Translations under genes and position numbers: made by a program
Notes under the pieces: generated by a model
The model's input: the letters and a program-made list of their open reading frames with translations, nothing else
What the model was told of the DNA's origin: nothing
Database searches by the model: none
Source: Octopus vulgaris
Lineage: Eukaryota
Assembly (NCBI GenBank): GCA_951406725.2
Contig: OX597815.1
Coordinates: 41,850,001-41,914,000, forward strand
DNA length: 64,000 bases
Direction: 5' to 3'
Shown: piece by piece, positions 36,676-48,974 of the stretch
Layout: every line of letters begins with the position of its first letter
How positions within the stretch are numbered: the stretch's first letter is position 1

Positions 36676-37412
36676 TTTCAGAAAAAACAAAAATGGATAT
36701 TTATTTCTTTATTGTCCACAAGAGGCTAAACATAGATAAAACAAAGAAAGGGATTAAGTCGATTACATCGACCCCAGTGCGTATCTAGTACTTATTTAAT
36801 CGGCCCCGAAAAGGATGAAAGGCAAAGTCAACCACGGCGGAATTTGAACTCACAACGTAACGACAGACGAAATACGTATTTCTTTACTACCCACATAGAG
36901 GGCACAAACAAGGACAGACAAATGGATTAAGTCGATTACACCGACCCCAGTGCGTAACTGGTACTTAATTTATCGACCCCGAAAGGATGATAGACAAAGT
37001 CGATCTCGGCGGAATTTGAACTCAGAACATAAAGACAGACGAAATACAGCTACGCATTTCTCCCGGCGTGCTAACGTTTCTGCCAGCTCGCCGTCTTAAA
37101 AACGGATATTTATTAATGAGATTTTCTACAAATACTTTTCAGATGGTTCAGATTGCGATTATACCGGAATTTAATGTGAGAAAAAAACAGAAAAAAGAAA
37201 AACGGTGGGCGTGCCCACACATACTGACACACATCACAATTTATTCACAAGTTCGAGTTTCATTTTGTAGATATATGCGTTGTGCGTGCACCCACCTGTT
37301 TTACTTTTGTGTTGGTTTTTTTTTTTACATTAAATTTCGATATAATTGTAATCTACACCATCTGAAAGATATTTGCAGAAAATTTCATTTTAAAATATCC
37401 ATGTTTCTGAAA
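36676..37412. mobile_element. Foldback MITE interrupted by a SINE
   Basis: Arms ggatattt..aatgagattttctacaaatac..tttcagatggt / accatctgaaagatatttgcagaaaatttcattttaaaatatcc; the SINE sits in the left arm. Confidence 0.65.
36703..37097 (-). mobile_element. SINE group B, tail type 1, with tandemly repeated 3' part
   Basis: One partial and one full unit head-to-tail; TSD aaaaa(t/c)ggatatttatt at 36689-36705 and 37098-37114. Confidence 0.88.
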
Positions 37413-37868
37413 GATACGAGGAAACAAATTCGGAGGACACACGCACGTGTTGGTATACCATTTTCTGTCAGTGGGACACTTTTTCGCTCTTATTAGTTAT
37501 GACTATCCTCAGCGAATCATAGATTTCACTGTACTTGCCAAGATGGTTGTAATGGGAGATTCACAAAGTATGTATTCAAGAATGTACGGTAGTAGGCGTA
37601 AAAATTTAGAATTGTCTAGACAACTATTGTTTTTTATGTTGATGGCGCCTCTGTATAATTTATCTAACAATTCTAATTTTTTCTAGCTTTCTTTTTGTAC
37701 ATTGCTATACATCTCATTAGTTATTCTCCCATCACTATGACAAGTACAGAGAAATCTATGTTTTTGAGTGACGATCATAATAATACCGAAACCTATCCAG
37801 GGTTACCTCAAGTGTTTGCTGAAATACAGTATTAATCGGGGGCTAATATTGTTTATTTGTTTAGGGTT

Positions 37869-38465
37869 GGATCTTTTCCTTTTGAACGGCAGACAATTTC
37901 TAGTTAACTAAACACTTTAAAACTTCGTATACTGGTAGAATGTGTCAAAATAAAACATTTTTTTCTCTTGGCTTTGAGAAAATTGTAATTTGTTTGTTTA
38001 ACGTAGTTTAATTTTTCGAATTTTAACCAATCCTATGCTCTCTTTTGAGCTAAAATCATTTGCTGCGTCTAAAACTGAGGCAACATCCTGTAACTAACCC
38101 TAACCCTAAATTTTTTTTTCTTAATTAATTTAATTGTTACGCGTGTAAAAAAAACTAAAGCAATGGAATTAAATTAATTTAACAATTAAGAAAAAAAATT
38201 AGGGTTAGTGGGGAGGTTTAGGGTTAGTTACAGGATGTTGTTTCAGTTTTAGACGCAGCAAATGATTTTAGTTGAATGGAGGTAATCGATTGGTTAAAAT
38301 TGCCGAAATGCTCGGATTTTCAGACGAAATATCTTACAAACTATAGAATTTTCTCAATAAAACCAAGAGATGTTTTATAAACACATTCTACCAGTATACG
38401 AAGTTTAAAAGTGTTTAGTTAACTAGAAATTGTGTTGACATCTGCCGTTCAAAAGGAAAAGATCC
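37869..38465. mobile_element. Fully palindromic foldback MITE with GGATCTTTTCC ends
   Basis: Arms pair nearly to the centre; contains (CCCTAA)/(TTAGGG) units; flanking 8-mers ttagggtt / tttggttt match 6 of 8. Confidence 0.88.
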
Positions 38466-38479
38466 TTTGGTTTTTTTTT

Positions 38480-38907
38480 TTTTACTTTTTTACTTGTTTC
38501 CGTCATTAGACTGCGGTCATACTGGGGCTTTTTTATCTTTTATTTTTTACTTGTTTCAGTCATTGCACTGCGGCCATATTGGAGCATCGCCTTGAAGTGT
38601 TAGTCGAACAAATCGGCCACTATACTTAAGTTGTTGAGATCCGGTACTTATTTTATCGGTCTCTTTTGTCGAACCGCTAAGTTATGAGAGTGAACAAACC
38701 AACACCGGTTGCCAGGCGGTAGAGGACACACACACACGACAGGCTTTCACAGTTTCCGTCAACTAAGTTCACTCACAAGATATTGGCCAGTCTGGGGGAG
38801 GGGGCTTAGTAGAAGACACCTGGCAGAGATGCCACGCAGTGGAACTGAACCTGAAACCACGTAAGTTGCAAATCGAGCTTCTTAACTACACAGTAATGAC
38901 TACGCCT
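38480..38907 (-). mobile_element. SINE group A with duplicated tail
   Basis: Two tail copies (38480-38528 and 38540 onward) followed by body and head. Confidence 0.8.
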
Positions 38908-39179
38908 AATTATTTCCAGTTAATTTTTCAATGCTTCCTGCTTTAAGTATGTTAGCATTAATTTAAAACATCGATACTTATGTAACTGACATCTGAAGGA
39001 TGGAAGGTAAAAATCGGCGTGTGGAAATTTGAACTCAGAGCCCTGAAGAATGTAACTGAATACGACAGGTTTTTGACATTCCTTCTGCTTATGATCTCAA
39101 ACTGAAAGTGGAAAATGATCGTAAAGAATCAGCATTGGAATTTTATTTATGTTTTCTGTTATTTTATATATCTATTTAA

Positions 39180-39388
39180 AGTGGTAAGCTGGAAAAATCG
39201 TTAATGCGCTGGATGAAATGCATAGCAGCATTTCTCCGGTTTTACGTTCTGATTTCAAATTTCACCGCGGTCGACATAACTTTCCATTCTTTCAGAGTCA
39301 GTAAAATAAGTACCAGTCGAGTACTGGGGTCGATATAATCGACTGGCCCCTGCCCCCAAATATTCGGACCTTATACTGGAAATGATTA
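39180..39388 (+). mobile_element. SINE group B, tail type 2 (diverged)
   Basis: Aligns with 32811-33021. Confidence 0.75.
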
Positions 39389-39543
39389 TTGATATATTTA
39401 TTTAGAATCATAATCTCAATATTTATAAACATAGAATCTTCCATCCCGAAAAAAAAAATCAAAGTAAGTCGTGCAGAAAAAAAGGAGGAGGAGAGGTAAA
39501 ACAAAAAAAAAAAAAAGAAATGCTGTTAGTTTTGACAAAAGAG

Positions 39544-40147
39544 GGATCTTTTCCCTTTGAATGGCAGATCGAAAAATTAATTTTTTCTAACTAAACACTT
39601 TCAAACTTCAGACACTGGTAGAATGTGTCATATAAAACATCTTTTACTCTTAGTGTTGTTGAGAAAAGTTTATATTTTCAAAGTTATTTCGTGTTAAAGT
39701 AGTTGTATTTCGGTAATTTCAACCAACCAATGACGTCATTAGTAGCTGAAAACCAGGGAAAACAAAAACTAAAAGTAGTAGAAATGCACGAACGATTGTG
39801 GTGGTGCCATGAAGTAAACATGCTTCAGATACACTCGTTTATTCATACAAACGTAACTGAGATGAAATATGTCATAAATAACAGTGAAAAACGAAATATA
39901 CACCACCGACAGTTGTTGACAAACAACATCAGTAATTTTATTCAGCTAAATACACGTCATTGGTTGGTTGAAATTACCGAAATACGACTACTTTAACACG
40001 AAATAACTTTGAAAATACAAACTTTTCTCAACAACACTAAGAGTAAAAGATGTTTTATATGACACATTCTACTTGTGTCCGAAGTTTGAAAGTGTTTAGT
40101 TACAAAAAAATTAATTTCTCGATCTGCCGTTCAAAGGGTAAAGATCC
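39544..40147. mobile_element. Foldback MITE with ~195-bp TIRs and GGATCTTTTCC ends
   Basis: Near-perfect TIRs 39544-39737 / 39953-40147; flanking 8-mers caaaagag / cgaaatag match 6 of 8; outer ~100 bp related to 37869-38465. Confidence 0.92.
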
Positions 40148-41221
40148 CGAAATAGTAATTTCCGCTGTTAAAAACATAAATCCGAAGAAATGGCCGAATA
40201 GTGTGAATATTTCAATTTGAAGCTTGTGAAGTTTATTAAGCTTTTAAAATATTTATCTTAATTTCTTTAAACAATTTTTCTCTTTCCTTTAAGCCATTTT
40301 TTGAGAACATTTCATCCTCCCCCTTTACCTTCCTAATCTCTCCAACTAACGGCGTTAACCTTTTGTCTTTCTATACTATATCATAACCATGCTGCATGAG
40401 ATACACTTGCACATTACTGCTCAATTTGTGATCACAAATCGAAAAACTACTAGTTTTTGGTCATCTTTTTATCGAGCACTTACCGATTCTATTCTATTCT
40501 TTCCCATTTGAATTGACGTATCAGTCGGTATATAAGGCGTACTCTCGCATGAGACAAACTCCTACTCTTTTGTGGAAAAAAAACAGACACTCAAATTTAA
40601 TGTTGCATCATACACTCAGTGTCCCATCCGTAATACGGTCGCATTAGATACATCTAAGAAGAAAAAAAGCGTCTTTACACCTGCATATAAAGACATCAAA
40701 ACTCCAAAGTAATCCATGTTACTGGATTACAATAAACTCCTGTAAAATGAGCGTTACGACTGCATTATTTTCCCTTTTGTAAAAAGAATTCACATGCAAG
40801 GCGCCTAACGGATTTATAATCCTGCTTCATATTTGTGAAGCGTTAGAATCTAGCTGCAATTTCCAACTTGTTCGGCAACTTATCCGCATTTAACTCTAAG
40901 TTTGTATATCAACAGTAACACAACTGTAAACAACAAAGTTGCATTGTTATAATGAATGTATTGTGCAAAAATTTAACGTATTTTATAGGACAAAGTGCGA
41001 GGGGGAATATATAAATAAAACTGAAATTATTTTTAGTTGGCACATAAAAAAACAAAAATAGTGTGTCAAAAACTAACACAAAGGGAAAATTGTTAATGAT
41101 GCTCAGGAAAATACTAAAAAAAAAAATAATAAAGAGATAAGATAAAAAGATAATAAATATATAGAGAAACCGATTGGCACGTTGGCTTTTGGTGGTTACA
41201 TGCAGAAAACTGTATTCTTAT

Positions 41222-41399
41222 AAGGCGTGGATATGTGGTAAGATGTTTGCTTCCCAACCACATAGCTCCGGGTTCAATCCCACTCCATGGGCAAGTGACT
41301 TCTGAGGCAATAGCTTTGGTTCGACCAAAGCCTTACGACTTGATTTGTTAGAGAGAGAGAGACTTACTTGGAAATATACGTGTGGCGTTCGATCATATA

Positions 41400-41447
<48 letters not shown>

Positions 41448-41690
41448 TATATTATATATATATATCTACATACACAGATACGTGTGTGTGTGTCGTTATA
41501 TTTGCCCCCCGACACACACACACTTGAGAATCAGCGTTGGTTGGTTTTAGCGGTTCGGCGAAAGTAACCGATAGAATAAGCACCAGACTTTAAAACTTAA
41601 ACACTGGGATCAATTCGTTCGGCAACTACCCGTCATGGCGTGCCTCAGCATCGTTGCAGGCCAATGACTGAAACAAGTAAAAGGTAAAAG
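41222..41690 (+). mobile_element. SINE group A (diverged, expanded internal TA repeat)
   Basis: Head and tail align with the family. Confidence 0.8.
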
Positions 41691-42369
41691 AGAGAGGGGA
41701 GAGAGAGAGAGAGACTAATTTGTTGCTATTATGTTAAACTGTCGTGTGTCCAAATTTGTACAAATGCTTTTTTTTTTTTCAATATTTAATTTTGCTTGCA
41801 ATAGCCGGTTCCTTTGGTCAAACGATCGTATCTCCAGCTACTTCAGACGCCAGGATATGAAAATTGTCAAAGTGTAGTATTTAGTATTTTTTTCAAAAGT
41901 ATAGTAAGTCCTACATACGACAGTTTTGTAAAAGTATTTCTGACTGAAAATATCATACATGCATGGAGTTACGATTTTATGCACCTAGCAAAGCTGAAGC
42001 TGTTGCTAACGTAAAAAAAAAAAATGGAATGGTGAAACTATTTTCTTGTTTTCTGAAAAAGCAACGTTTTGGACTTAGGACACTTTTGCATAATAATAAC
42101 GAATTGTATAAAGACTAAAGCGAGAACAAGCGTTAAACTTTCAACGAGACGAGTCTGCGGCAAGTTTTCAACTTTACGTTGAAGTCATTTTATTCCATTT
42201 AGGAAACTGAGACATGACCGTCAATACAAATACGTTCATTTTCTCTGTACATCCATGTCATTGTGCTTCAGAAAGAAACCGATGTAATCTGTGAAAGTTT
42301 AGAATGTTGTAGAGTAAGAGGGACAACGATGCGGTTTCAATTCATTGTCGAAACTATTGGATTGTATTT

Positions 42370-42646
42370 CGTTTTTGTATGTGGTTTGCAAGATTCTTTA
42401 TGTGAATTCGTGTGTTGAAGCATATTTTATTGTGTCTGGAGAGAGTCATTCTCTTTTAGTGCCTTATTAATTTAACACACTCACCAGTCTGATATTCACT
42501 CATTTACTTATTTTTTACTAACATTTTCGTTGCCACTTGCAACCTTTTCAATAGTCATTGACTCTGTAAATGAGTGGAAATCAGACCAGTGAGTGTGTTA
42601 AATTAATAAGGCACTAAAAGAGAATGACTCTCATCAGACAATAAAA
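42370..42646 (-). mobile_element. Hairpin retroelement with degenerate hammerhead-like tip
   Basis: ~85-bp arms 42422-42507 / 42566-42649; loop reads UUGAAAA-G-GUUGC(AAGUG)GCAAC-GAAA on minus; direct repeat tattggatt(g/t)tattt at 42355-42369 and 42647-42661. Confidence 0.75.
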
Positions 42647-43150
42647 TATTGGATTTTATTTATGCCGCTAAATCCCTTAAGGAAAGCAAGAAGGTTACAG
42701 TTATCCTTCCCTTAAGACATAGGGTAATTTGTATCTAGTAATGAAAAAAAAAGTAACGAGGGAGCCTTAAACAGTCTCTCAACTTCGTAGAACTGAAACC
42801 AGATCTACCTCATTCTGCTACCTTAAGAGGGGAAACGCATTAGATAATGGTACTGAATGCAGTGTGACCGGGAATAATTACAACTGGAACGTCTTTTGAT
42901 CATATAGTCAATCAGGGATATCCATGGACTAAATAACAAGTAACCAAATATAAACCATGTATTATAGTAGTGGACGCGTTGATTGTAAAGAAAAGAAAAT
43001 TGGAGGTTTCGTTTATTTTTGCAGTTATAAATGTGATTTAACTAAACGTCAGTAATGTCAGTGGAAAAGACATGGACATCAAAACAGTTCAATCCTCTCT
43101 AAATACGATGCCATATGAACGTAAGGAGACATCAATATACTTCCGAAATT

Positions 43151-43367
43151 AAGGCGGCGAGCTGTCACAATCGTTCACGCGACGGGCAAAATGTTTAGCG
43201 GCATTTTGTCCGTTTTTCACGTTCAGAGTTCAAATTCCGCCGAGGTTGGCTTTGCTTTGCATCCTTTTGGCGTCGATAAAATAATTACCAGCTGAGCACT
43301 GAAATTGATGAAATCGACTTGCCGTTCCCCAGCTCCAAATTGCTGGCCTTGTGCCAAAATTTGAAAC
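43151..43367 (+). mobile_element. SINE group B, tail type 2
   Basis: 18-bp TSD caatatacttccgaaatt at 43133-43150 and 43368-43385. Confidence 0.92.
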
Positions 43368-43854
43368 CAATATACTTCCGAAATTGAATATACCGACATC
43401 AGAACGAAAAACTAAATCTCTCAGATTCGCTAATTTGTTTACCGAAGCCCACTTTAACCAATATACAACAAACGACTCAGACATGTAGATTAATGGCTAG
43501 ACTAATTAATAATTTAATATCTATGTTTTCTGATAAGTTCATATGCTTCGTTGATAAATCTGTTTTATTCATTAAAAGCTGATTATACCCTATTGTATGT
43601 TATTGATTGAAAAAGTTTAACAAATCTGACTCATCTGAAGCTAAATGTTTGTCCGAAAGGAAATAAAATGAATTCAGCTCATAAATTAGCTTAAACATAA
43701 CAGAGTGACAATGGTAAAAGTTGCAATATCAACATACAATAGAGGTAGCATACAAAGATCAATAAACATATGTAGGTCTCCTTGGTGATGATTTGTGAGG
43801 CACAATCACTAACAGGGAAAACGAATTTCCTGTAGAAAATACATAAAACAGTAT

Positions 43855-44230
43855 CTTTTATCTTTTATTTGTTTCAATCATTGAACTGCGGCCATGCTGG
43901 GGCACCGCCTTGAAAGGTTTAATCGAACAAATTGCCTCCAGTGCTTATTTAAAAAAAATTCTATCGGCCTATTTTTTAAAAAAATTCTGTCGGTCTCTAT
44001 CGCCAAACCGGTAAGTTACGATGACGTAGGCAAGCTAACACCGTTTGTCTAGCGGGGGCGGGGGCAAACACAAACAGGTTTCTTTCAGTTTCCGTCTACA
44101 ATATGTATTCACAAGGATTTAGTCGGCGCGGAGCTATAATAAAAGACACTTGCCCAAAGTGCTATGCAGTGGAAAATGTACCCAGATCCATATGATTGAG
44201 AAGTAGGTTTCTTACCACACAGCCGCGCCT
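43855..44230 (-). mobile_element. SINE group A (diverged)
   Basis: Full-length reverse copy. Confidence 0.8.
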
Positions 44231-44505
44231 CATTTTCGTCGATTTCCGTGGTGCAAAATATTATTTTAAGCGGAAACCTTGAATCTGTATTAGGTTTCTA
44301 AAACTATATACTTTTCAGTCATGAATCCTGAATCTACAGGAAAAACTATCAGCGATTCAGTCTAATCGATAACTGGTTGAAGCTGATTCATTCAATTAAA
44401 CGCCTTTGAGAAATACATGAACACTGACTCACTAACTTCCTCCTGTATAAATTTACTTCATGGTGTTATCAATGATAAATCACAAATAAGAATCAAAAGA
44501 TATTA

Positions 44506-45005
44506 CCGTAAATCCTTGAGTATAATACGCCGGGAATTTTTAGGGGGCTGTACCTCTGAAAAACCTAAACCTTATGTATAATATGCACCCCTTCTCTAAC
44601 GTGAGTCAAGGAGGTCTATATAACGCCCTTGGTTTGTAAAAATGTATACGGTAACGTCCTTTATTATTATTATTGTAAATATATAACATAATGCAAACGT
44701 GTAGCGTTTTTGTGCATTTTGTCTGCAGGAAATAAAGAAATAACAGTAATAACATTTAATAAATGTTGCTTACTGCAAGTTATGGATGATTCTTTTATGA
44801 CTTCATTGCTTTCAGGCTTAGCTGAAGGTATTTTCGCGCCCGACATCACAAAATGCATCTGAATAAACATTTCTGGACAGCAAATAGAGACTCGGACATT
44901 GCTTAGAAAATAATTTTCATTTTTAACCTCGTTTATAGTACGCACTAGGGATTTTGACCTTTAAATTTTGGGGGGAAAATGCGGATTATACCCGAGGATT
45001 TACGG
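44506..45005. mobile_element. Tc1/pogo-superfamily MITE with CCGTA ends
   Basis: TIR ccgtaaatccttgagtataat / attatacccgaggatttacgg; TA on both sides. Confidence 0.88.
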
Positions 45006-45393
45006 TAGTCGAAATGCATTTCCCTTTTTCTTTGTTATTTTGGATACCAACTTGAATTTTTTAGTCTATGAATCGACTCCAGTGCATTTTTTAAAAACCT
45101 GGTAATTATTCTATCGGTCTATTTTTCTTGTCTCTAAATTCGTCTGTGGAACGAGCTAAAGAATTTTAACGTTTCAAACAGGCCCCCTTCGAAACAAAAG
45201 AATATTTTATGCGGTACCTTTGGTTGAAACATACACAACTACTATTTATATAATACAAGTATCCCTCATGTTACGGAAGTTTTGAGGTAACCTAAAATTT
45301 TGTAACACGAAATTTCTTTCTTTCGTGTTACGTGAAAATTAATGTTTTCACTGTACGAAGAAGTCAGTAATTCAACAATATTACAAAAGAAAG

Positions 45394-46155
45394 GGAAAAT
45401 TTCTGTATTAACACCCATACGATTTTCACTTAGTGGTGGCGCAATGGCCCAGTGGTTAGGGCAGCGGACTCGCGGTCGTAGGATCGCGGTTTCGATACCT
45501 AGACCGGGCGTTGTGAGTGTTTATTGAGCGAAAACACCTAAAGTTCCACGAGGCTCCAGCAGGGATGGTGGTGATCCCTGCTGTACTCTTTCACCACAAC
45601 TTTCTCTCACTCTTACTTCCTGTTTCTGTTGTACCTGTATTTCAAAGGGCCGGCCTTGTCACTCTCTGTGTCACGCTGAATATCCCCGAGAACTACGTTA
45701 AGGGTACACGTGTCTGTGGAGTGCTCAGCCACTTACACGTTAATTTCACGAGCAGGCTGTTCCGTTGATCGGATCAACCGGAACCCTCGTCGTCGTAACC
45801 GACGGAGTGCTTCCACGATTTTCACTAAAGAAAAAAAAATCGGTTTTTTTTTTACCTTAGTGAAAATCGTGCGGGTCAAAAGATCAATGAGGGTGGGGGT
45901 AGAATTTTCCGAGGCTTCCACTTCACCCCACCCCATTTTTCGGACCCCCAAAAGGGTTTTGTAGCATATTAGGTTAGTTATTCATTCAACGAAAAAAAAA
46001 AATTCCAATGATTCCCCCTCCCCCCTTTTTTCCGAACAAAAATAAGGGATTTGCAGCATATTAGGAGGTCAGAGCACTTGATTCCACGCAAAAAATCCGA
46101 GGTATTTTTTTTTTCCTTAATGAAAATCGTGTGGGTGTTAATACAGAAATTTACC
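45394..46155. mobile_element. Merlin-like MITE interrupted by a SINE
   Basis: ~50-bp TIR gg(a/t)aaatttctgtattaacaccca(t/c)acgattttca; 8-bp TSD aaagaaag (45386-45393) / aaagagag (46156-46163). Confidence 0.8.
45431..45814 (+). mobile_element. Full-length SINE group C, tail type 2
   Basis: tRNA-like head with A box tggcccagtgg and B box tttcgatacc; 12-bp TSD acgattttcact at 45419-45430 and 45815-45826. Confidence 0.93.
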
Positions 46156-46966
46156 AAAGAGAGCTGTTATTTCCAGTTATGGGTAATTGCACATGGGCGT
46201 GTGAGTTTATATTTACAGTGTAAAAACTAGTATAATTAAACTGTAAACATAAACGTTACACACAAACTCCATACTGTTTTTGTTTTGTCATGTTTTACAT
46301 TTCAATAAAATAAAAATTAATGTGACAATATAATTGATTCGAGGAATTGCTACTTCGATTAATTCTTTCTTCGGTCAACAGTTTTCGATTAAATGCATTT
46401 CGATCAATTTCCCGCATACCGAGCCGTAAAGAGGATAGCACAGAGGTAAGAAAAGCATGCTGCGGAAGTGCAGTAAAAGCCGCCAATGTTTCGTTAATTC
46501 ATAGTGCTGAGTTTTAACTAGTCTTTTCTGAGAAAAGTTTGTAAAAAGAGATCCTTTTTTGGTTTGACTACCTCTCCAAATTCTATTTAAAATTTCGACA
46601 CAGATGTAGTTTTTCACGTCAATTACTGAAATTTTAGTAAATTTATTCTGGAAAGTTCCAAGGGTTTTGTGTGTGTGTGTGTTGAAGGTGGGGTCGTTTG
46701 GGAATCACAACAAATTATTTTTAGAGAAACTAATGATTTAAACGTTATAAAACAAAATCTTTAAAAACGAAAACATTTAATAGAAGGAAACAACGTTTGC
46801 AATAAAATTTTGCAGTGCGTCACAAGCCCTAACCTAAATTATTTGCTCTGAGTATATATAAAAATAACATTGTCTACGGAATGGGATGTCGAAAATGGCT
46901 TTAACTGATCGGTTAAAATAACAAAAAAAAAATCCCATCTTTAAAAGTTCGTGACTTTAAAATATA

Positions 46967-46999
<33 letters not shown>

Positions 47000-47000
<1 letters not shown>

Positions 47001-48940
47001 AACTTAGATAAACTTAGATATGTTTCGACCAGAGATTGGTCCAGGCCATGTCTAACTTAATAGCACCACCTGATAGGATTATTCGAATCCTGTTTAAGTC
47101 AAGTTTTGTTCAAGTAGTGAGTTCTTGTTGGGTGAGTTGTATCCAATTATGGGTGGCTTATCTGGTATTCTTTGAAGGAATCTATCCAGACTCTGTTTGA
47201 AGTTGATGGGATCCTTTTCCTCTTTGATCTCCCTCGGGACAATGTTAAATAGGACAGGGCCTGTTGAGGAAAAGAAATTATGTTGCAGTGTACGTGTATG
47301 TTGTGATCTTGAATTTGGCAGGGGACGTATAGCCCGTGGTCCAAGTCTTGGATGAACCTTGAAGCTAATGTTTAGGTCGTTTGGGCAAAGTTGGCGGTAT
47401 ATTTTCCACATCGTACAAATGATGTACCGCTCACGGCGACGCTGGAGGGAGTAAAGTTTCAAGGCTTTAAGGCGATCCCAATAATCGAGAGCAGCCATGC
47501 CTTCAATTTGTTTAGTGAGAGCCCTCTGGGGTGACTCAATTCTGGAGATGTTTTGTCTTGTGTGAGGAGACCACAGTGGGCAGCAGTATTCAAGGTGTGA
47601 CCGTACAAAGGAGGAAAAAAGTGGTATGATGACACCTTGTTCTCTGGACCGGAAAGTTCTTAAGATCCAGGAACTCATCCTACGAGCTATATCGACCTTC
47701 TTGTTGATGTGTGCACTCCAACTGAGATCGTCATCAACAATTACACCCAGGTCTCTGATATTGTTAGAGGCTGTGAGCGGTTCCCCTGAAGGAAGAGAGT
47801 ATGGTTGTTTTAGTGAGGAATTTCTTCCAAAATGCATCAGCTCAAATTTTCCCTCATTCAGTTGCATTTTGTTTCTGTCTGCCCATTGACTCACAGCATA
47901 TAGATCAGACTGGAGTTGAGTTCGGTCTGCTTCTTCATTGACGATTTGCTGGAGCTTAGTGTCATCAGCGAATATTTTCACTTTGCAGTGATGTACGACA
48001 CTGGAAAGGTCGTTTACGTAAATTATGAAGAGTAGCGGACCCAAAACAGTTCCCTGGGGAACACCGCTGGTGACTTTTGCTGGGTTTGAGTGGACTCCAT
48101 CAACTACAACATGTTGTGTTCTATTCGCCAGGAAATACTGAATCCAGCGTAGAACTTTTCCACGGATTCCAACATTTGCCAATTTTGAGAGTAGGATGTT
48201 ATGGTCTACCCTGTCGAACGCTTTACTGAAGTCAAGATATATGACGTCAGAGTTCGAACCTGTTCCCAAGGCTTTAAGTACATCTTCAATGTGGTGTAAG
48301 AGCTGTGTTAGACAGTCCCTGCCACAACGAAAGCCATGCTGATTTGAATTTAGGAGTTTGTGGGTCTCCAGGAAGTCAGCTATCCTTGATCTTAACACTC
48401 TTTCAAACACTTTAATGATGTGGGAGGTGAGTGAGATTGGGCGATAGTTGACTGCGAGGGATCTGTTTCCCTGTTTGAAAACCGGGATGACCGACTGGGA
48501 TAGAAACTGTTTCGGTATATAACCTGCGTCTAACGAGTTTCTCCAGAGGTTGGTCAGAGGGACTGCAAGTTGATATCTACATTCCTTCAGGAGACTAGCG
48601 GGAAATCTATCAGGGCCTACAGCAATTTTGTGTTGGGAGTCAACTTCGTTCGTTTCCCTCACATCAATATCAGTGGGAACACTGAAGACAGAGCAGTATT
48701 GTTTCTGCAGTATTTCTGCCATTTCTTTAGCATCGTGTTGGGGAATGTCGTTATCATCAATCAATGGCGCAATGGGTGAGACAGTGGTTCTATGCTTATT
48801 TGCATAAGAATAGAACACTTTTGGGTTCTGTTTGATGTTTTTGATTACCCATTGTTCCTCCACAGCTCTTTGATTTTCAATGGAGGTTTTCATGTTAGTC
48901 TGCAGATGAAGTTTTTCCAGCTCTAGTCTTTTCATTGTTG
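47000..48940 (-). mobile_element. 5'-truncated CR1-group LINE
   Basis: Open RT ORF, short 3' UTR with stem-loop gacca-atctc-tggtc, (tatctaagtt)2 tail abutting (TA)n; 5' boundary approximate. Confidence 0.92.
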
Positions 48941-48974
48941 TTGAATGTGGATGTTGTGTGTGGGAATATTTCAA
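47094..48974 (-). CDS. Reverse transcriptase of a CR1-type LINE (ORF2 C-terminal part, no endonuclease domain)
   Basis: 626-aa uninterrupted frame with NYRPISLTS, QHGFR, IYLDFSKAFDRVDH, SGVPQGTVLGPLLF, IFADDTK, RDLGV, LEYCCPLWSP; the start codon is probably not native. Confidence 0.88.
   Translation of the reverse strand: MKYSHTQHPHSTTMKRLELEKLHLQTNMKTSIENQRAVEEQWVIKNIKQNPKVFYSYANKHRTTVSPIAPLIDDNDIPQHDAKEMAEILQKQYCSVFSVPTDIDVRETNEVDSQHKIAVGPDRFPASLLKECRYQLAVPLTNLWRNSLDAGYIPKQFLSQSVIPVFKQGNRSLAVNYRPISLTSHIIKVFERVLRSRIADFLETHKLLNSNQHGFRCGRDCLTQLLHHIEDVLKALGTGSNSDVIYLDFSKAFDRVDHNILLSKLANVGIRGKVLRWIQYFLANRTQHVVVDGVHSNPAKVTSGVPQGTVLGPLLFIIYVNDLSSVVHHCKVKIFADDTKLQQIVNEEADRTQLQSDLYAVSQWADRNKMQLNEGKFELMHFGRNSSLKQPYSLPSGEPLTASNNIRDLGVIVDDDLSWSAHINKKVDIARRMSSWILRTFRSREQGVIIPLFSSFVRSHLEYCCPLWSPHTRQNISRIESPQRALTKQIEGMAALDYWDRLKALKLYSLQRRRERYIICTMWKIYRQLCPNDLNISFKVHPRLGPRAIRPLPNSRSQHTRTLQHNFFSSTGPVLFNIVPREIKEEKDPINFKQSLDRFLQRIPDKPPIIGYNSPNKNSLLEQNLT

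Noticed and set aside
38090-38230. Telomere-like repeats as a fusion relic
   Set aside because: Only a few units, integral to a TIR-bounded palindromic MITE.
47015-47052. GACCA-loop-UGGUC-GAAAC on the minus strand, hammerhead-like
   Set aside because: No CUGANGA upstream and no stem I; better explained as the LINE 3' recognition stem-loop.
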